Of a DNA stretch of 64,000 bases, positions 48,499 to 58,023 are shown in pieces. This stretch comes from Candidatus Sumerlaeota bacterium (GTDB taxonomy: Bacteria > Bacillota > SLNR01), in contig SLNR01000020.1 of NCBI GenBank assembly GCA_007132905.1, positions 5,859-69,858 on the forward strand, read 5' to 3'. The position numbers and the translations under genes were made by a program. The notes beneath the pieces are model-generated. The model had not been told where the DNA came from and did not search any database. It saw nothing but the letters and a program-made list of their open reading frames with translations. Numbering within the stretch: the first letter of the stretch is position 1; each line of letters begins with the position of its first letter.

Positions 48499-49638
48499 GT
48501 GACCATATATTTCGATAACGCAGCGACAAGTTGGCCCAAACCTGAAAAGGTATACCGGGCGATGGATCACTTTATGCGGGAAGTTGGCGCCAATCCCGGC
48601 CGCTCAGGGCACCGCCAATCTATTGAAGCGGGGAGAATCATCTATCTTGTTCGAAAAAGTCTAGCGGAAATGCTGGGGGTCTGTTCTGAAGACCGGGTTA
48701 TTTTGGCGCTAAACGCCACCGATGGTTTGAATATGGCCATTAAAGGGACAGTTGAACCAGGAGATCACATCATCACCAGCTCCATGGAGCACAATGCGGT
48801 GATGAGGCCTTTGAGAGGGCTGCAGGATCAAAAAAAGATCGAATTAACCATCGTGCCTTGCAGCGAACAAGGGTATCTAGATCCTGATGATATTAAAAAG
48901 GCTGTCCAAAGAAACACAAAAACGATCATCCTTAATCATGCTTCCAATGTAACGGGAAACATTTTGCCGGTCAAGGAAGTAGGAGAGATTGCTAAAAACC
49001 ATCATTTGCGATTGATTGTAGATGGGGCACAAACAGCGGGGGTTCTTCCGATTGACATAGACGATTTGGGCGTTGACATCTATGCTTTTACAGGTCACAA
49101 AGGTCTTTTGGGTCCTCAAGGAACGGGAGGGCTTTGTTTAGGGAATCAAGTTTCTCTAAAGCCATGGAGGGAAGGGGGTACGGGCAGCCGCTCAGAAAGC
49201 GACAGGCAGCCGGATTTTCTTCCTGATTCTCTAGAGGCCGGGACTCCGAATACAGTAGGAGCAGCGGGACTAAAAGCAGCTTTGGATTTCCTTCTTCATA
49301 CCGGTATTGATCAAGTTCGCGACAAAGAACTGGCTTTGACTCAAAGATTGTGGGAGGGGCTTGACACCATCAAAAGGGTCAAAATGTACGGACCGGCTGT
49401 TCGAAAAGACGCTGTGGCTGTAGTTTCTTTTGTGGTAAACGGGCAAGATCCTGCTGTGACGGCCTTAACCCTAGAAGAAAAAGGGGGCATTGCCTGCCGC
49501 ACCGGTCTGCATTGTGCGCCTCATGCGCATAAAACCATCGGGTCGCATCCGACAGGAACCATTCGTTTTAGTTTGGGTATCTTTAATACCCCAGAAGAGG
49601 TGGACGCAGCTATAAAGGTTGTTGAAATGGTATCTTGA
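48499..49638 (+). CDS. Cysteine desulfurase-like class-V PLP enzyme
   Basis: YFDNAATSWPKP, NPGRSGH, MEHNAV, HASNVTG, DGAQ, GHKGLLGP.G, RTGLHCAP. Confidence 0.9.
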   Translation: MTIYFDNAATSWPKPEKVYRAMDHFMREVGANPGRSGHRQSIEAGRIIYLVRKSLAEMLGVCSEDRVILALNATDGLNMAIKGTVEPGDHIITSSMEHNAVMRPLRGLQDQKKIELTIVPCSEQGYLDPDDIKKAVQRNTKTIILNHASNVTGNILPVKEVGEIAKNHHLRLIVDGAQTAGVLPIDIDDLGVDIYAFTGHKGLLGPQGTGGLCLGNQVSLKPWREGGTGSRSESDRQPDFLPDSLEAGTPNTVGAAGLKAALDFLLHTGIDQVRDKELALTQRLWEGLDTIKRVKMYGPAVRKDAVAVVSFVVNGQDPAVTALTLEEKGGIACRTGLHCAPHAHKTIGSHPTGTIRFSLGIFNTPEEVDAAIKVVEMVS

Positions 49639-49762
49639 TCAAACTGAAACTATTTGCCCGCCAAGGTTCCTTGTGATAAAATAAACTATCGGAAAAGGGG
49701 CTTGAAATGTGCGGAGATGGTGCAAGTGGCGTCTGCAATTTTTTTTGGGAGGGTAGGATACT

Positions 49763-50314
49763 TTGGATCAGGAAAATCCCCAAAATGAACCAGAAGTAAT
49801 ACCCAAAAGAAGAATTGGCCCGGTCCTTCGGTTGTTCATCATGGTGATGGTTCTTGCCTTGATTGTTGGATCCATTGGTGGATACGGAACGGTGCTGATC
49901 GAATATTTTCAGAGTAGCCGTGTGGGGAGGCAAGATCTTATCAGTAGAGGAGACCAAGCCTTTGCCGAAGAAAACTTCGAAGCTGCTATTGATTATTATG
50001 AAAGAGCTATTTTGCTTTCTCCCGGACATCCTGATAATGCAGCCCTCCATTCGGGCATAGGCACAGCTTACTATTATCAAGACGAGATCGACAAAGCACT
50101 TGTGTCTTTTCATAGATCACTGGAGATCGATCCGGATTTCTGGCCTTCTTTGTACAGTGCGGGGATTATTTATCATTTTGAGAGGCAGGACTATCAGCGA
50201 GCGTATGAACAATGGGATAGACTGCTAGAAATGGAGTGGGAAGATGACGAGGTACGAAAACATATTGAAGAGCTGCATGAAGAAGCAGAAGAAAAATTAG
50301 AGGTCGTAGGGTAA
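49763..50314 (+). CDS. Membrane-anchored TPR protein
   Basis: One TM helix then ~3 TPR repeats (AIDYYERAILLSP, ALVSFHRSLEIDP). Confidence 0.8.
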   Translation: MDQENPQNEPEVIPKRRIGPVLRLFIMVMVLALIVGSIGGYGTVLIEYFQSSRVGRQDLISRGDQAFAEENFEAAIDYYERAILLSPGHPDNAALHSGIGTAYYYQDEIDKALVSFHRSLEIDPDFWPSLYSAGIIYHFERQDYQRAYEQWDRLLEMEWEDDEVRKHIEELHEEAEEKLEVVG

Positions 50315-50481
50315 CTCATTTGCCGGCCGACCATAAGATGAAGCGAGAAGAAATTGCTGAATGTTCGCCCGCAGCCTGGTAAAAGATGAAAAAAAGGAAA
50401 CGGATCGTTTTCTTTTTAGAGTGAGGGTGCTCATTCGTCAAAAATAGAGATAGAACAAGAAAAAAGTAGGAGGTTTTATTT

Positions 50482-51009
50482 ATGGAAGTGTATGAAGCTA
50501 TTAAAGGTAGAAGAAGCATAAGAAAATTCACAGACAGAGCCATCGAAAAAGAGACTCTCAAAAAGATCATTGAAGCTGCCACATACGCCCCGACGGCGCA
50601 TAACCAACAGCCTTGGGATTTTATTGTGACCCAAGAGGCGAGCAAAAAAGAGGCGTTAGCTGAAGGACACCGTTTTGCCCGTTTTGTTCCTGACGCGGAT
50701 ACAGCGGTGATCGTCTGCAGCCCCTTGAAAGTGGAGAAACCAGCCCATATTGGGCCAGCTTGTATCCAGCATTTTGATGTACAGGATACAGCGGCTGCGA
50801 TACAGAATTTGATGCTCGCCGCACACGCTGAGGGGATCGGTTCTTGCTGGATTGGAGACTATAATGAAGATTCAGTAAAAGATATATTTGATATACCCAA
50901 AGAATATGGGGTGATGGCCGTTATTGCCATGGGTTATCCTGCGCACCAGCCAAAAGGGAGCCGTAAACGCCGTTCTCTTGACGATGTGATCCACTTTGAA
51001 AAGTTTTAA
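50482..51009 (+). CDS. Nitroreductase family flavoprotein
   Basis: RRSIRKF, APTAHNQQPW.F, QNL.LAA...GIGSCWIG. Confidence 0.92.
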   Translation: MEVYEAIKGRRSIRKFTDRAIEKETLKKIIEAATYAPTAHNQQPWDFIVTQEASKKEALAEGHRFARFVPDADTAVIVCSPLKVEKPAHIGPACIQHFDVQDTAAAIQNLMLAAHAEGIGSCWIGDYNEDSVKDIFDIPKEYGVMAVIAMGYPAHQPKGSRKRRSLDDVIHFEKF

Positions 51010-51147
51010 CAAAGGCCGTTCAAATCAGGGTGATTCATGTTTTCCCAATCAGTTGGATAGGAGATCAAAGCTATAAGAAAAGGTAGAAAGAAATGAGATT
51101 TGCGACAGGTCAAAGCAGTTTACGAAAAAGATGTGGAGGTACTGCCG

Positions 51148-52311
51148 ATGGACTACTTTCTAACGGAAGAACAAGAAATGATTCGAGACTTGGCAAGACG
51201 GATCGCAGAGGAACGAATCAAGCCGCAAGCAGCGGAGTTGGATGAAAGCGAAACGTTTCCGAAAGAGATTATGCAGACCATTGCAGAATCAGACCTTTTC
51301 GGGGTGTATATTGATGAAGAACACGGCGGCTTAGGGATGGGTGTTTTTGAAAAATGTTTAGTGATCGAAGAACTTAGCAAGGCCTGTACGGGCGTTTCCG
51401 TGACTTTGGCCGCCAGCGGATTAGCCACCTATCCCATCGTTCTGTTTGGTACAGAAAAACAAAAGGAACAGTATTTACCCGATTTGGCCAGCGGAGAAAA
51501 GCTGGGTGCTTTCGCGTTAACCGAAGCGGAGGCAGGCAGTGATGCAGCCAATATCAAAACAACGGCGGTCGAAGATGGCGAAGATTACATTATCAACGGC
51601 ACCAAACAGTGGATTACCAACGGCGGAGAAGCCGATGTGTATGTTGTCATTACCATGACGGACCCCAACAAAGGGGTCCGGGGAGCGACCGCCTTTATTG
51701 TGGATCACGATAACCCGGGCATACACTTTGGAAAGAAAGAGAAAAAAATGGGGATAAGGGCTTCGGCTACGCGTGAAGTCATTTTCGAAGATTGCCGCGT
51801 GTCAAGGCATCAAATGCTAGGGCGTAAAGGAATGGGCTTTGTGGTAACGATGAAAACGCTTGATATCACACGCCTGGGAGTAGGGGCCCAAGCGGTTGGG
51901 ATCGCACAGGGCGCGCTGAATGAAGCTTTGGCGTTTGCTCGCGAGAGAGTACAATTCGGGAAAACGATTTCGTCTTTTCAAGCGGTTCAGCATATGCTAG
52001 CGGACATGGCCACCCAGACAGAAGCAGCCCGTTCATTGGTGTACAATGCGGCCAAAATGATTGACGGCGGCGCAAAAGACTATTCCAAGGAATCAGCCAT
52101 GGCTAAGTTGTTTGCCTCCGATACGGCTATGAAAGTCGCCACCGATGCTGTTCAGGTGATGGGCGGTTCCGGGTATATGCGCGATTATCCCGTTGAAAAG
52201 ATGATGAGAGATGCCAAGATCACCCAAATATACGAAGGCACCAATCAAATCCTACGAAATGTGATTGGACTCGATTTAGTCAAAGATTCGAGGAAAAAAA
52301 CAAAAAGGTAG
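51148..52311 (+). CDS. Acyl-CoA dehydrogenase (butyryl-CoA dehydrogenase-like)
   Basis: FALTEAEAGSDA, NGTKQWITNG, KMGIRAS.T, RVQFGK, GG.GY, IYEGTNQI. Confidence 0.93.
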   Translation: MDYFLTEEQEMIRDLARRIAEERIKPQAAELDESETFPKEIMQTIAESDLFGVYIDEEHGGLGMGVFEKCLVIEELSKACTGVSVTLAASGLATYPIVLFGTEKQKEQYLPDLASGEKLGAFALTEAEAGSDAANIKTTAVEDGEDYIINGTKQWITNGGEADVYVVITMTDPNKGVRGATAFIVDHDNPGIHFGKKEKKMGIRASATREVIFEDCRVSRHQMLGRKGMGFVVTMKTLDITRLGVGAQAVGIAQGALNEALAFARERVQFGKTISSFQAVQHMLADMATQTEAARSLVYNAAKMIDGGAKDYSKESAMAKLFASDTAMKVATDAVQVMGGSGYMRDYPVEKMMRDAKITQIYEGTNQILRNVIGLDLVKDSRKKTKR

Positions 52312-52322
52312 TGTGATGATCT

Positions 52323-53114
52323 ATGCAAATTGTTGTCTGCGTAAAGCAAGTTCCTGATACCGGGGAAGTCAAAATCGATAAAGAGACAAACACATTGATC
52401 CGCGAGGGAGTACCGGCCATCATTAATCCTTTTGATACCCATGCCATCGCGGAGGCCATAAAAATAAAGAAAGAACAGGGAGGAACGGTTACAGTTGTAA
52501 CGATGGGGCCAAAACAAGCAGAAGAGGCCTTAAAAGAGTCGATTGCTTTGGGAGTGGATCAAGTCCGGCATTTGTGTGATTCGGCTTTTGCAGGGTCAGA
52601 CACCTGGGCAACGTCGGTTACGCTCACAGCAGCCATTCGAAAACTAGAGCCGATTGACCTGGTGATCTGCGGAAGGCAGGCCATCGATGGAGATACCGCC
52701 CAGGTCGGTCCGGGCACAGCTGAGTTATTAAGCATTCCTCATGTGACAAATGTCCGTAAAATTGAGGTCCTCGAGGACGGCCGCTCGTGTCGAGTGGAAA
52801 GATTAACAGATGACGGGTATGAAGTTTTAGAAGTCCAGGCTCCGTTATTGATTACGGTGGTAAGAGAAATCAATCAGCCGAAAATGCCGTCGCTGCGAGG
52901 AATGATGAAAGCAAAGAAAGCTGACATTCCCATCTGGGGGCACCGTGATTTAGGACTTGAACCCGAAGAAATTGGACTGCAGGGGTCTCCAACATGGGTC
53001 AATAAAGTGTTCAGCCCGGAGGCGGTACAAACGGAAGGGGAAATTTTTTCAGGAACCACCGAAGAAAACGCTGAATATTTAAGGGATGTTCTAAAAAAGG
53101 TAAAGGCTTTTTGA
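52323..53114 (+). CDS. etfB: Electron transfer flavoprotein beta subunit
   Basis: CVKQVPD, NPFD, GSDT.AT, GRQAIDGDTAQVG. Confidence 0.95.
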   Translation: MQIVVCVKQVPDTGEVKIDKETNTLIREGVPAIINPFDTHAIAEAIKIKKEQGGTVTVVTMGPKQAEEALKESIALGVDQVRHLCDSAFAGSDTWATSVTLTAAIRKLEPIDLVICGRQAIDGDTAQVGPGTAELLSIPHVTNVRKIEVLEDGRSCRVERLTDDGYEVLEVQAPLLITVVREINQPKMPSLRGMMKAKKADIPIWGHRDLGLEPEEIGLQGSPTWVNKVFSPEAVQTEGEIFSGTTEENAEYLRDVLKKVKAF

Positions 53115-53135
53115 CGGTGCGGGGAGGTTTGTTTA

Positions 53136-54320
53136 GTGGAGATTATGATCGAGAAAGAGCAATGCGATGGATGCGGCGTCTGCGTTGATATCTGTCCCTA
53201 TAAGGTTTTGTCAATAGAAGAGGAAACGGCTTATGTCAAGGGAACGTGTACCTTATGCGCTGTATGTGTAAGGCAGTGCCCCCAAGAGGCGATTTCCATG
53301 CCCGGCGGAAGCATCAAAGGTGAAGAAGAAGTGTCAAATTATAAAGGCCTGTGGATTTTTGCCGAGCTGAAAAAGAACAAGCCGATACCAGTTGTGTATG
53401 AGTTGATCGGGAAAGGAAGAGAGCTGGCGGATCAATTGGAAGAAGAGCTCTCTTTGGTGGTAGCAGGGCATGATGTGAAAGAGGCGGTTGAAGATTTATC
53501 GCAGTATCCTGTTGACCGCATTATCGCCTGTGAAGATCCTCTGTTGGAGGAATACCATGATGAGCGCTACACCCATATGCTGACCCGATATGTTCAAAAG
53601 TACAGACCAGCTGTGCTGTTGCTGGGTGCAACGACAAACGGGCGTTCATTGGCACCGAGGACGGCAGCCCGTTTAGGCACAGGCTTGACAGCCGACTGTA
53701 CAGAACTTGAAATCGATTTTGACCGCAAATGTTTGCTGCAAACCCGGCCGGCCTACGGGGGGAATATCCTTGCTACGATAACCTGCCAATACCAACGGCC
53801 TCAGATGGCCACTGTTCGGCCGAAGGTTTTTCCGAAAGCGGAACCTTCGGATCAAATGGAACCGGCAGTTGAATACGACCAGGTGGACATGGCTTGCCTG
53901 CCCGTAAAAGTAGTTTTAAAGGAAAAAAAAGAAGAAGTCTCTGATTTGGTCAGCATAGAAGAAGCAGATATTGTGGTGGCCGGTGGACGGGGACTCGGAT
54001 CTGAAGAAAACTTTGGTTTGATTGAAGAGCTGGCGTCTCTTATGGGCGGCGCAGTAGGGGCTTCCCGGGCGGTGGTCGATGAAGGGTGGACCCCCTACAA
54101 TCGGCAGGTGGGCCAGACCGGCAGAACCATCAGCCCGAAAGTATACATCGCCTGCGGTATATCCGGAGCCATTCAACATCAAATCGGAATGCGTTCCGCT
54201 GAAACAATTATTGCCATCAATAAGAATGAGGACGCGCCTATTTTTCAAATCGCCGATTATGGTATTGTCGGCGATGTAAATGAAGTCCTTCGCTTACTGA
54301 TAAGTCAGATGAAGGAATAA
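53136..54320 (+). CDS. etfA: Electron transfer flavoprotein alpha subunit with N-terminal 2[4Fe-4S] domain
   Basis: CDGCGVCVDICP and CTLCAVCVRQCP; TGLTADCT, RPAYGGN, GGRG, QVGQTG, GISGAIQH. Confidence 0.94.
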   Translation: MEIMIEKEQCDGCGVCVDICPYKVLSIEEETAYVKGTCTLCAVCVRQCPQEAISMPGGSIKGEEEVSNYKGLWIFAELKKNKPIPVVYELIGKGRELADQLEEELSLVVAGHDVKEAVEDLSQYPVDRIIACEDPLLEEYHDERYTHMLTRYVQKYRPAVLLLGATTNGRSLAPRTAARLGTGLTADCTELEIDFDRKCLLQTRPAYGGNILATITCQYQRPQMATVRPKVFPKAEPSDQMEPAVEYDQVDMACLPVKVVLKEKKEEVSDLVSIEEADIVVAGGRGLGSEENFGLIEELASLMGGAVGASRAVVDEGWTPYNRQVGQTGRTISPKVYIACGISGAIQHQIGMRSAETIIAINKNEDAPIFQIADYGIVGDVNEVLRLLISQMKE

Positions 54321-54338
54321 AAAAGGCAGGATTTTCGC

Positions 54339-54364
54339 AAGCGGGGCAGGTGCCCCGCTTTTTT
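54339..54364 (+). terminator. Intrinsic terminator after etfA
   Basis: AAGCGGGGC-AGGT-GCCCCGCTT-TTTT. Confidence 0.85.
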
Positions 54365-54444
54365 GATTTGGCAGGTTTTTGTATCTCTGTGGCGAAGCTG
54401 TTATTCTGTTTGGAAAAAATGCTTGCACAGAAAGGGGAAAAGTA

Positions 54445-55761
54445 ATGACAAAAAATGAATTGAAGCAACAGGTTTGTGCTGCTATCGACAAAAGAGCGAC
54501 CGAAATCATTGAAATGGGAGAAACCATTTTCAAGCAGCCAGAACTTGGATTTAAGGAGCATAACACGGCTTCTTTAGTGAAAGAAAAATTTGAGAGTTTA
54601 GGCCTTGAGTATAAGGATCAACTCGCGCTGACGGGTTTAAGAGCAGATATGAAAGGTCGAAGCAGCGATACCAGGGTGGCGGTTATGGGCGAGCTAGATG
54701 CGGTAATCTGTCATGACCATCCTTTTGCCGATAAAAAAACAGGGGCGGTTCATGCCTGCGGGCATAATGCGCAAATAGCTTCCATGATTGGAACGGCCAT
54801 GGGATTAAAAGATACAAACGCCATGAAAGAATTAGACGGCGATGTTGCTTTTTTGGCCGTCCCGGCGGAAGAATACGTGGAGATAGAGTACCGAATGAAG
54901 CTGCAAGAAGAAAAGAAAATTGAGTTTCTAGGCGGCAAACAAGAGTTTATTCGGCTAGGTGTCTTTGATGATGTAGATATGACTATGATGATTCATTCTA
55001 GTTCAAACCTGCCCGGAAAAAAAGCGCGGGTAGGAGGAAAAAGCAATGGTTTTATCGGGAAGGCAGTTAAATATATCGGAACAGAGGCGCACGCCGGAGG
55101 AGCTCCTCATCAGGGTGTAAATGCTCTTAATGCGGCCATGTTGGGTATGATGGGTATTCATGCTCTTAGAGAAACATTTAAAGACGATGATGCCATTAGA
55201 GTCCACCCCATTATCACCAAAGGCGGAGACCTTGTCAATATTGTCCCGGCGGATGTAAGAATCGAAACCTATATAAGAGGCAAAACCATGGAGGCCATAT
55301 TGGATGCAAACAAGAAGGTGAACAGAGCCCTTGAGGCCGGCGCCATGGCAGTAGGCGCGGAAGTTGAAATTACAGAGATTCCCGGTTACCTGCCGCTAAA
55401 AAATGATCCGCAGATGTCGGAATTTTTTAAAGAGAATATGGGGGAAATTATCGGCGAGGAGAATTTGTCATACGGAAAGCACATGGCAGGTTCCACGGAC
55501 ATGGGTGATGTAACCAATATCATGCCCGGGATCCACCCTGAGATTGGCGGGATTACCGGCAGGGCTCACGCCAGAGATTATGAAATTGTGGATAAAGAGA
55601 TGGCCTATGTTGTCCCGGCTAAGGGAATGGCTATGACCGTAGTGGATCTTCTTTATGACAAGGCACAACTGGGTAAAAAAGTGCTGGAAGACGCAAAACC
55701 CCCGATGACCGTAGCCGAGTACCTAGAAATGTGGCAGGAGCTTTTTTCGAAGGGAAAATGA
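54445..55761 (+). CDS. M20D family amidohydrolase
   Basis: PELGFKE, ELDA, HACGH, PAEE, AHAGG.P..G.NA, GSTDMGDV. Confidence 0.9.
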   Translation: MTKNELKQQVCAAIDKRATEIIEMGETIFKQPELGFKEHNTASLVKEKFESLGLEYKDQLALTGLRADMKGRSSDTRVAVMGELDAVICHDHPFADKKTGAVHACGHNAQIASMIGTAMGLKDTNAMKELDGDVAFLAVPAEEYVEIEYRMKLQEEKKIEFLGGKQEFIRLGVFDDVDMTMMIHSSSNLPGKKARVGGKSNGFIGKAVKYIGTEAHAGGAPHQGVNALNAAMLGMMGIHALRETFKDDDAIRVHPIITKGGDLVNIVPADVRIETYIRGKTMEAILDANKKVNRALEAGAMAVGAEVEITEIPGYLPLKNDPQMSEFFKENMGEIIGEENLSYGKHMAGSTDMGDVTNIMPGIHPEIGGITGRAHARDYEIVDKEMAYVVPAKGMAMTVVDLLYDKAQLGKKVLEDAKPPMTVAEYLEMWQELFSKGK

Positions 55762-55790
55762 AATGAGAAGAAAGAAGTGAGGTGGCAGTT

Positions 55791-56786
55791 ATGATTTTGG
55801 CAATCTCTCAAAAAGACATGCAGCAGGCGGTTACGATGAAAGAAGCTATCGAAGCGGCCAAACAGGCATTTGCTGCTTCTTCGTCGGGCGGCGCCAATAT
55901 TCCCCTTAGAACCCAAATTGATGTCGATGATCACAAAGGGGTGATGCTGTTTATGCCGGGACGAATCGCAGAGCTCGATTCACTCGGGGTAAAAATTGTT
56001 TCTGTTTTTTTGGATAACCCAAGCAGAGACTTAGATACCATTCAATCGGTCATGCTGCTTCAAGACGAAAAAACGGGCGAAACATTATCGATTATGGACG
56101 GGGCTTATTTGACCGCACTTAGAACAGGAGCCGCCTCAGGGGTGGCGACCATGATGCTAGCTTGCGAGGACGCGTCTTCGGTAGCCATTTTCGGGGCCGG
56201 ACGACAGGCTCGCACCCAATTAGAGGCAGTGGCTTCAGTCAGAAAGATCACAAAAGTAATCGTCTATGATCCTAACCCGAGAGCGGCCCAAGCATATATT
56301 CGCGAGATGAGAGAAAAGCTTGGCTCGGCGGTGTCTTTTTGGGCTGCAGAAAACCCCGCCGAGGCGGTTGAAGCAGATATTATTGTAACGGCGACAGTTT
56401 CGTCGGTACCGGTCTTCCCGGGTCAAAAAGTAAAGCCCGGAACACATATCAACGGAATTGGTTCCTATAAGCCTGATATGCGGGAACTTGATGAGGATAT
56501 TGTAAAAAGGGCAGATAAAGTGGTTGTGGACAATCAAAAAGCAGCTTTGGAAGAAGCCGGTGATTTGATCATCCCTATGCAGGAAAAGGTTGTAGGCTCT
56601 GATAGAATTGATGCGGAATTAGGCGAGATCATAAACAAAGAAAAAACCGGACGGGAAAAAAATAGTGAGATTACCATTTTTAAAACAGTGGGCTTTGCCG
56701 CCCTCGATCTCGCTGTTTCTAAAATGATTTATGATCGCGCCGTAATAGAAGGGGTAGGAAAAAGAATCGATCTTATAGGAGGATAA
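55791..56786 (+). CDS. Ornithine cyclodeaminase/mu-crystallin family protein
   Basis: GVKIVSV, LTALRTGAASG, GAGRQA, GTHINGIG, FKTVG.A..D. Confidence 0.9.
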   Translation: MILAISQKDMQQAVTMKEAIEAAKQAFAASSSGGANIPLRTQIDVDDHKGVMLFMPGRIAELDSLGVKIVSVFLDNPSRDLDTIQSVMLLQDEKTGETLSIMDGAYLTALRTGAASGVATMMLACEDASSVAIFGAGRQARTQLEAVASVRKITKVIVYDPNPRAAQAYIREMREKLGSAVSFWAAENPAEAVEADIIVTATVSSVPVFPGQKVKPGTHINGIGSYKPDMRELDEDIVKRADKVVVDNQKAALEEAGDLIIPMQEKVVGSDRIDAELGEIINKEKTGREKNSEITIFKTVGFAALDLAVSKMIYDRAVIEGVGKRIDLIGG

Positions 56787-56791
56787 AAAAC

Positions 56792-57955
56792 ATGGCAGAG
56801 GTAGAAAAAAATAAATTGGTGCATTGGGTAGACGAGCAAGAAAACGAACTATTCCAACGATGGGAAAATATGGTTAACATTGATACAGGTACTTACTGCA
56901 AAGAAGGCATAGATAAAATGGGCGGTCTCTTAAAGGAAGTTTTGGAAAAGGCCGGTTTCGAGGCAGAGGTTTATCCACAAGCAGACTACGGCAACCACTT
57001 AGTGTTAAGAAAGAAAGGAAACGGCAAGGGTAAAATTTTGCTGGTCGGCCATTTAGATACGGTCTTTGCAGATCAAGAAGCACAGAAGAGACCTTTTAAA
57101 ATTGAAGGGGACAGAGCCTATGGTCCCGGGGTTCATGATATGAAAGGCGGTCTAGTGGTCATGACAGGAGCTGTGGAAGCCTTGAATGCCCTGCATTTTG
57201 AGGATTATGAATCCATTTCGGTTCTTTTAAATAGCGATGAAGAGGTGGGTTCGCCTTCTTCGAGAGATTTGATTGAAGAAGAGGCAAAAAAAGCTGATGT
57301 TGTCCTTGTTTTCGAACCGGCGCGAACCGACCGTTCATTGGTGACCGCTCGAAAAGGAGTGGGGATGTATGCAATTGAAGTAACCGGCAGGGCGGCGCAT
57401 GCCGGGGCCGACCCGCAAGCCGGGGTAAGTGCGGTTGAAGAATTAGCTCATAAAATCCTGGATCTTCATGCCTTAAACAATTATAAAATCGGCACAACCG
57501 TCAATGCTGGGGTCATATCCGGAGGTACAAGATCGAATGTGATTGCCGAAAAAGCGAAGGCAGAGATTGATGTGCGGATTTTTACCAAAGACGAAGGAGA
57601 CCGAATAGATCAAGCATTACAAGCCATAGCAGGAAAAAACTATCTTGAAGGGGCAGAAACTAAATTGACGGGGGGGCTAAATCGGCCGCCTATGGAAAAG
57701 AACGAAGGAACCGTTCGCCTGCTCTCACTAGTTGAAAAAGCGGGAGAAGAATTGGGAATAAAGATTACGGATGTAGCCAGCGGCGGAGCTTCCGACGGAA
57801 ATTTCACAAGTGCGGTGGGAACCCCTACCATCGATTCCATGGGCACGGTGGGAGGATTAGCTCACGGGGTCAGTGAATATTCCGAAATAGACTCTCTTTT
57901 AGAAAAAGTAAAACTAACAGCGCTTACGATAGCGAACATCAAGAAAATCCTGTAA
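56792..57955 (+). CDS. M20 peptidase (carboxypeptidase G2-like)
   Basis: GHLDTV, GPGV.DMKGG, SDEEVGS, EP, RKG, AHAG, GGASDGN, AH. Confidence 0.9.
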   Translation: MAEVEKNKLVHWVDEQENELFQRWENMVNIDTGTYCKEGIDKMGGLLKEVLEKAGFEAEVYPQADYGNHLVLRKKGNGKGKILLVGHLDTVFADQEAQKRPFKIEGDRAYGPGVHDMKGGLVVMTGAVEALNALHFEDYESISVLLNSDEEVGSPSSRDLIEEEAKKADVVLVFEPARTDRSLVTARKGVGMYAIEVTGRAAHAGADPQAGVSAVEELAHKILDLHALNNYKIGTTVNAGVISGGTRSNVIAEKAKAEIDVRIFTKDEGDRIDQALQAIAGKNYLEGAETKLTGGLNRPPMEKNEGTVRLLSLVEKAGEELGIKITDVASGGASDGNFTSAVGTPTIDSMGTVGGLAHGVSEYSEIDSLLEKVKLTALTIANIKKIL

Positions 57956-57970
57956 CAAAAAAGGGTTAAG

Positions 57971-58020
57971 AAAAAACTCCCTAATGCTGATCAAAAGTGC
58001 AGCATACAGGGAGTTTTTTT
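57971..58020. terminator. Bidirectional terminator between convergent genes
   Basis: AAAAAACTCCCT.ATGCTG...CAGCAT.CAGGGAGTTTTTT. Confidence 0.8.
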
Positions 58021-58023
58021 GCT

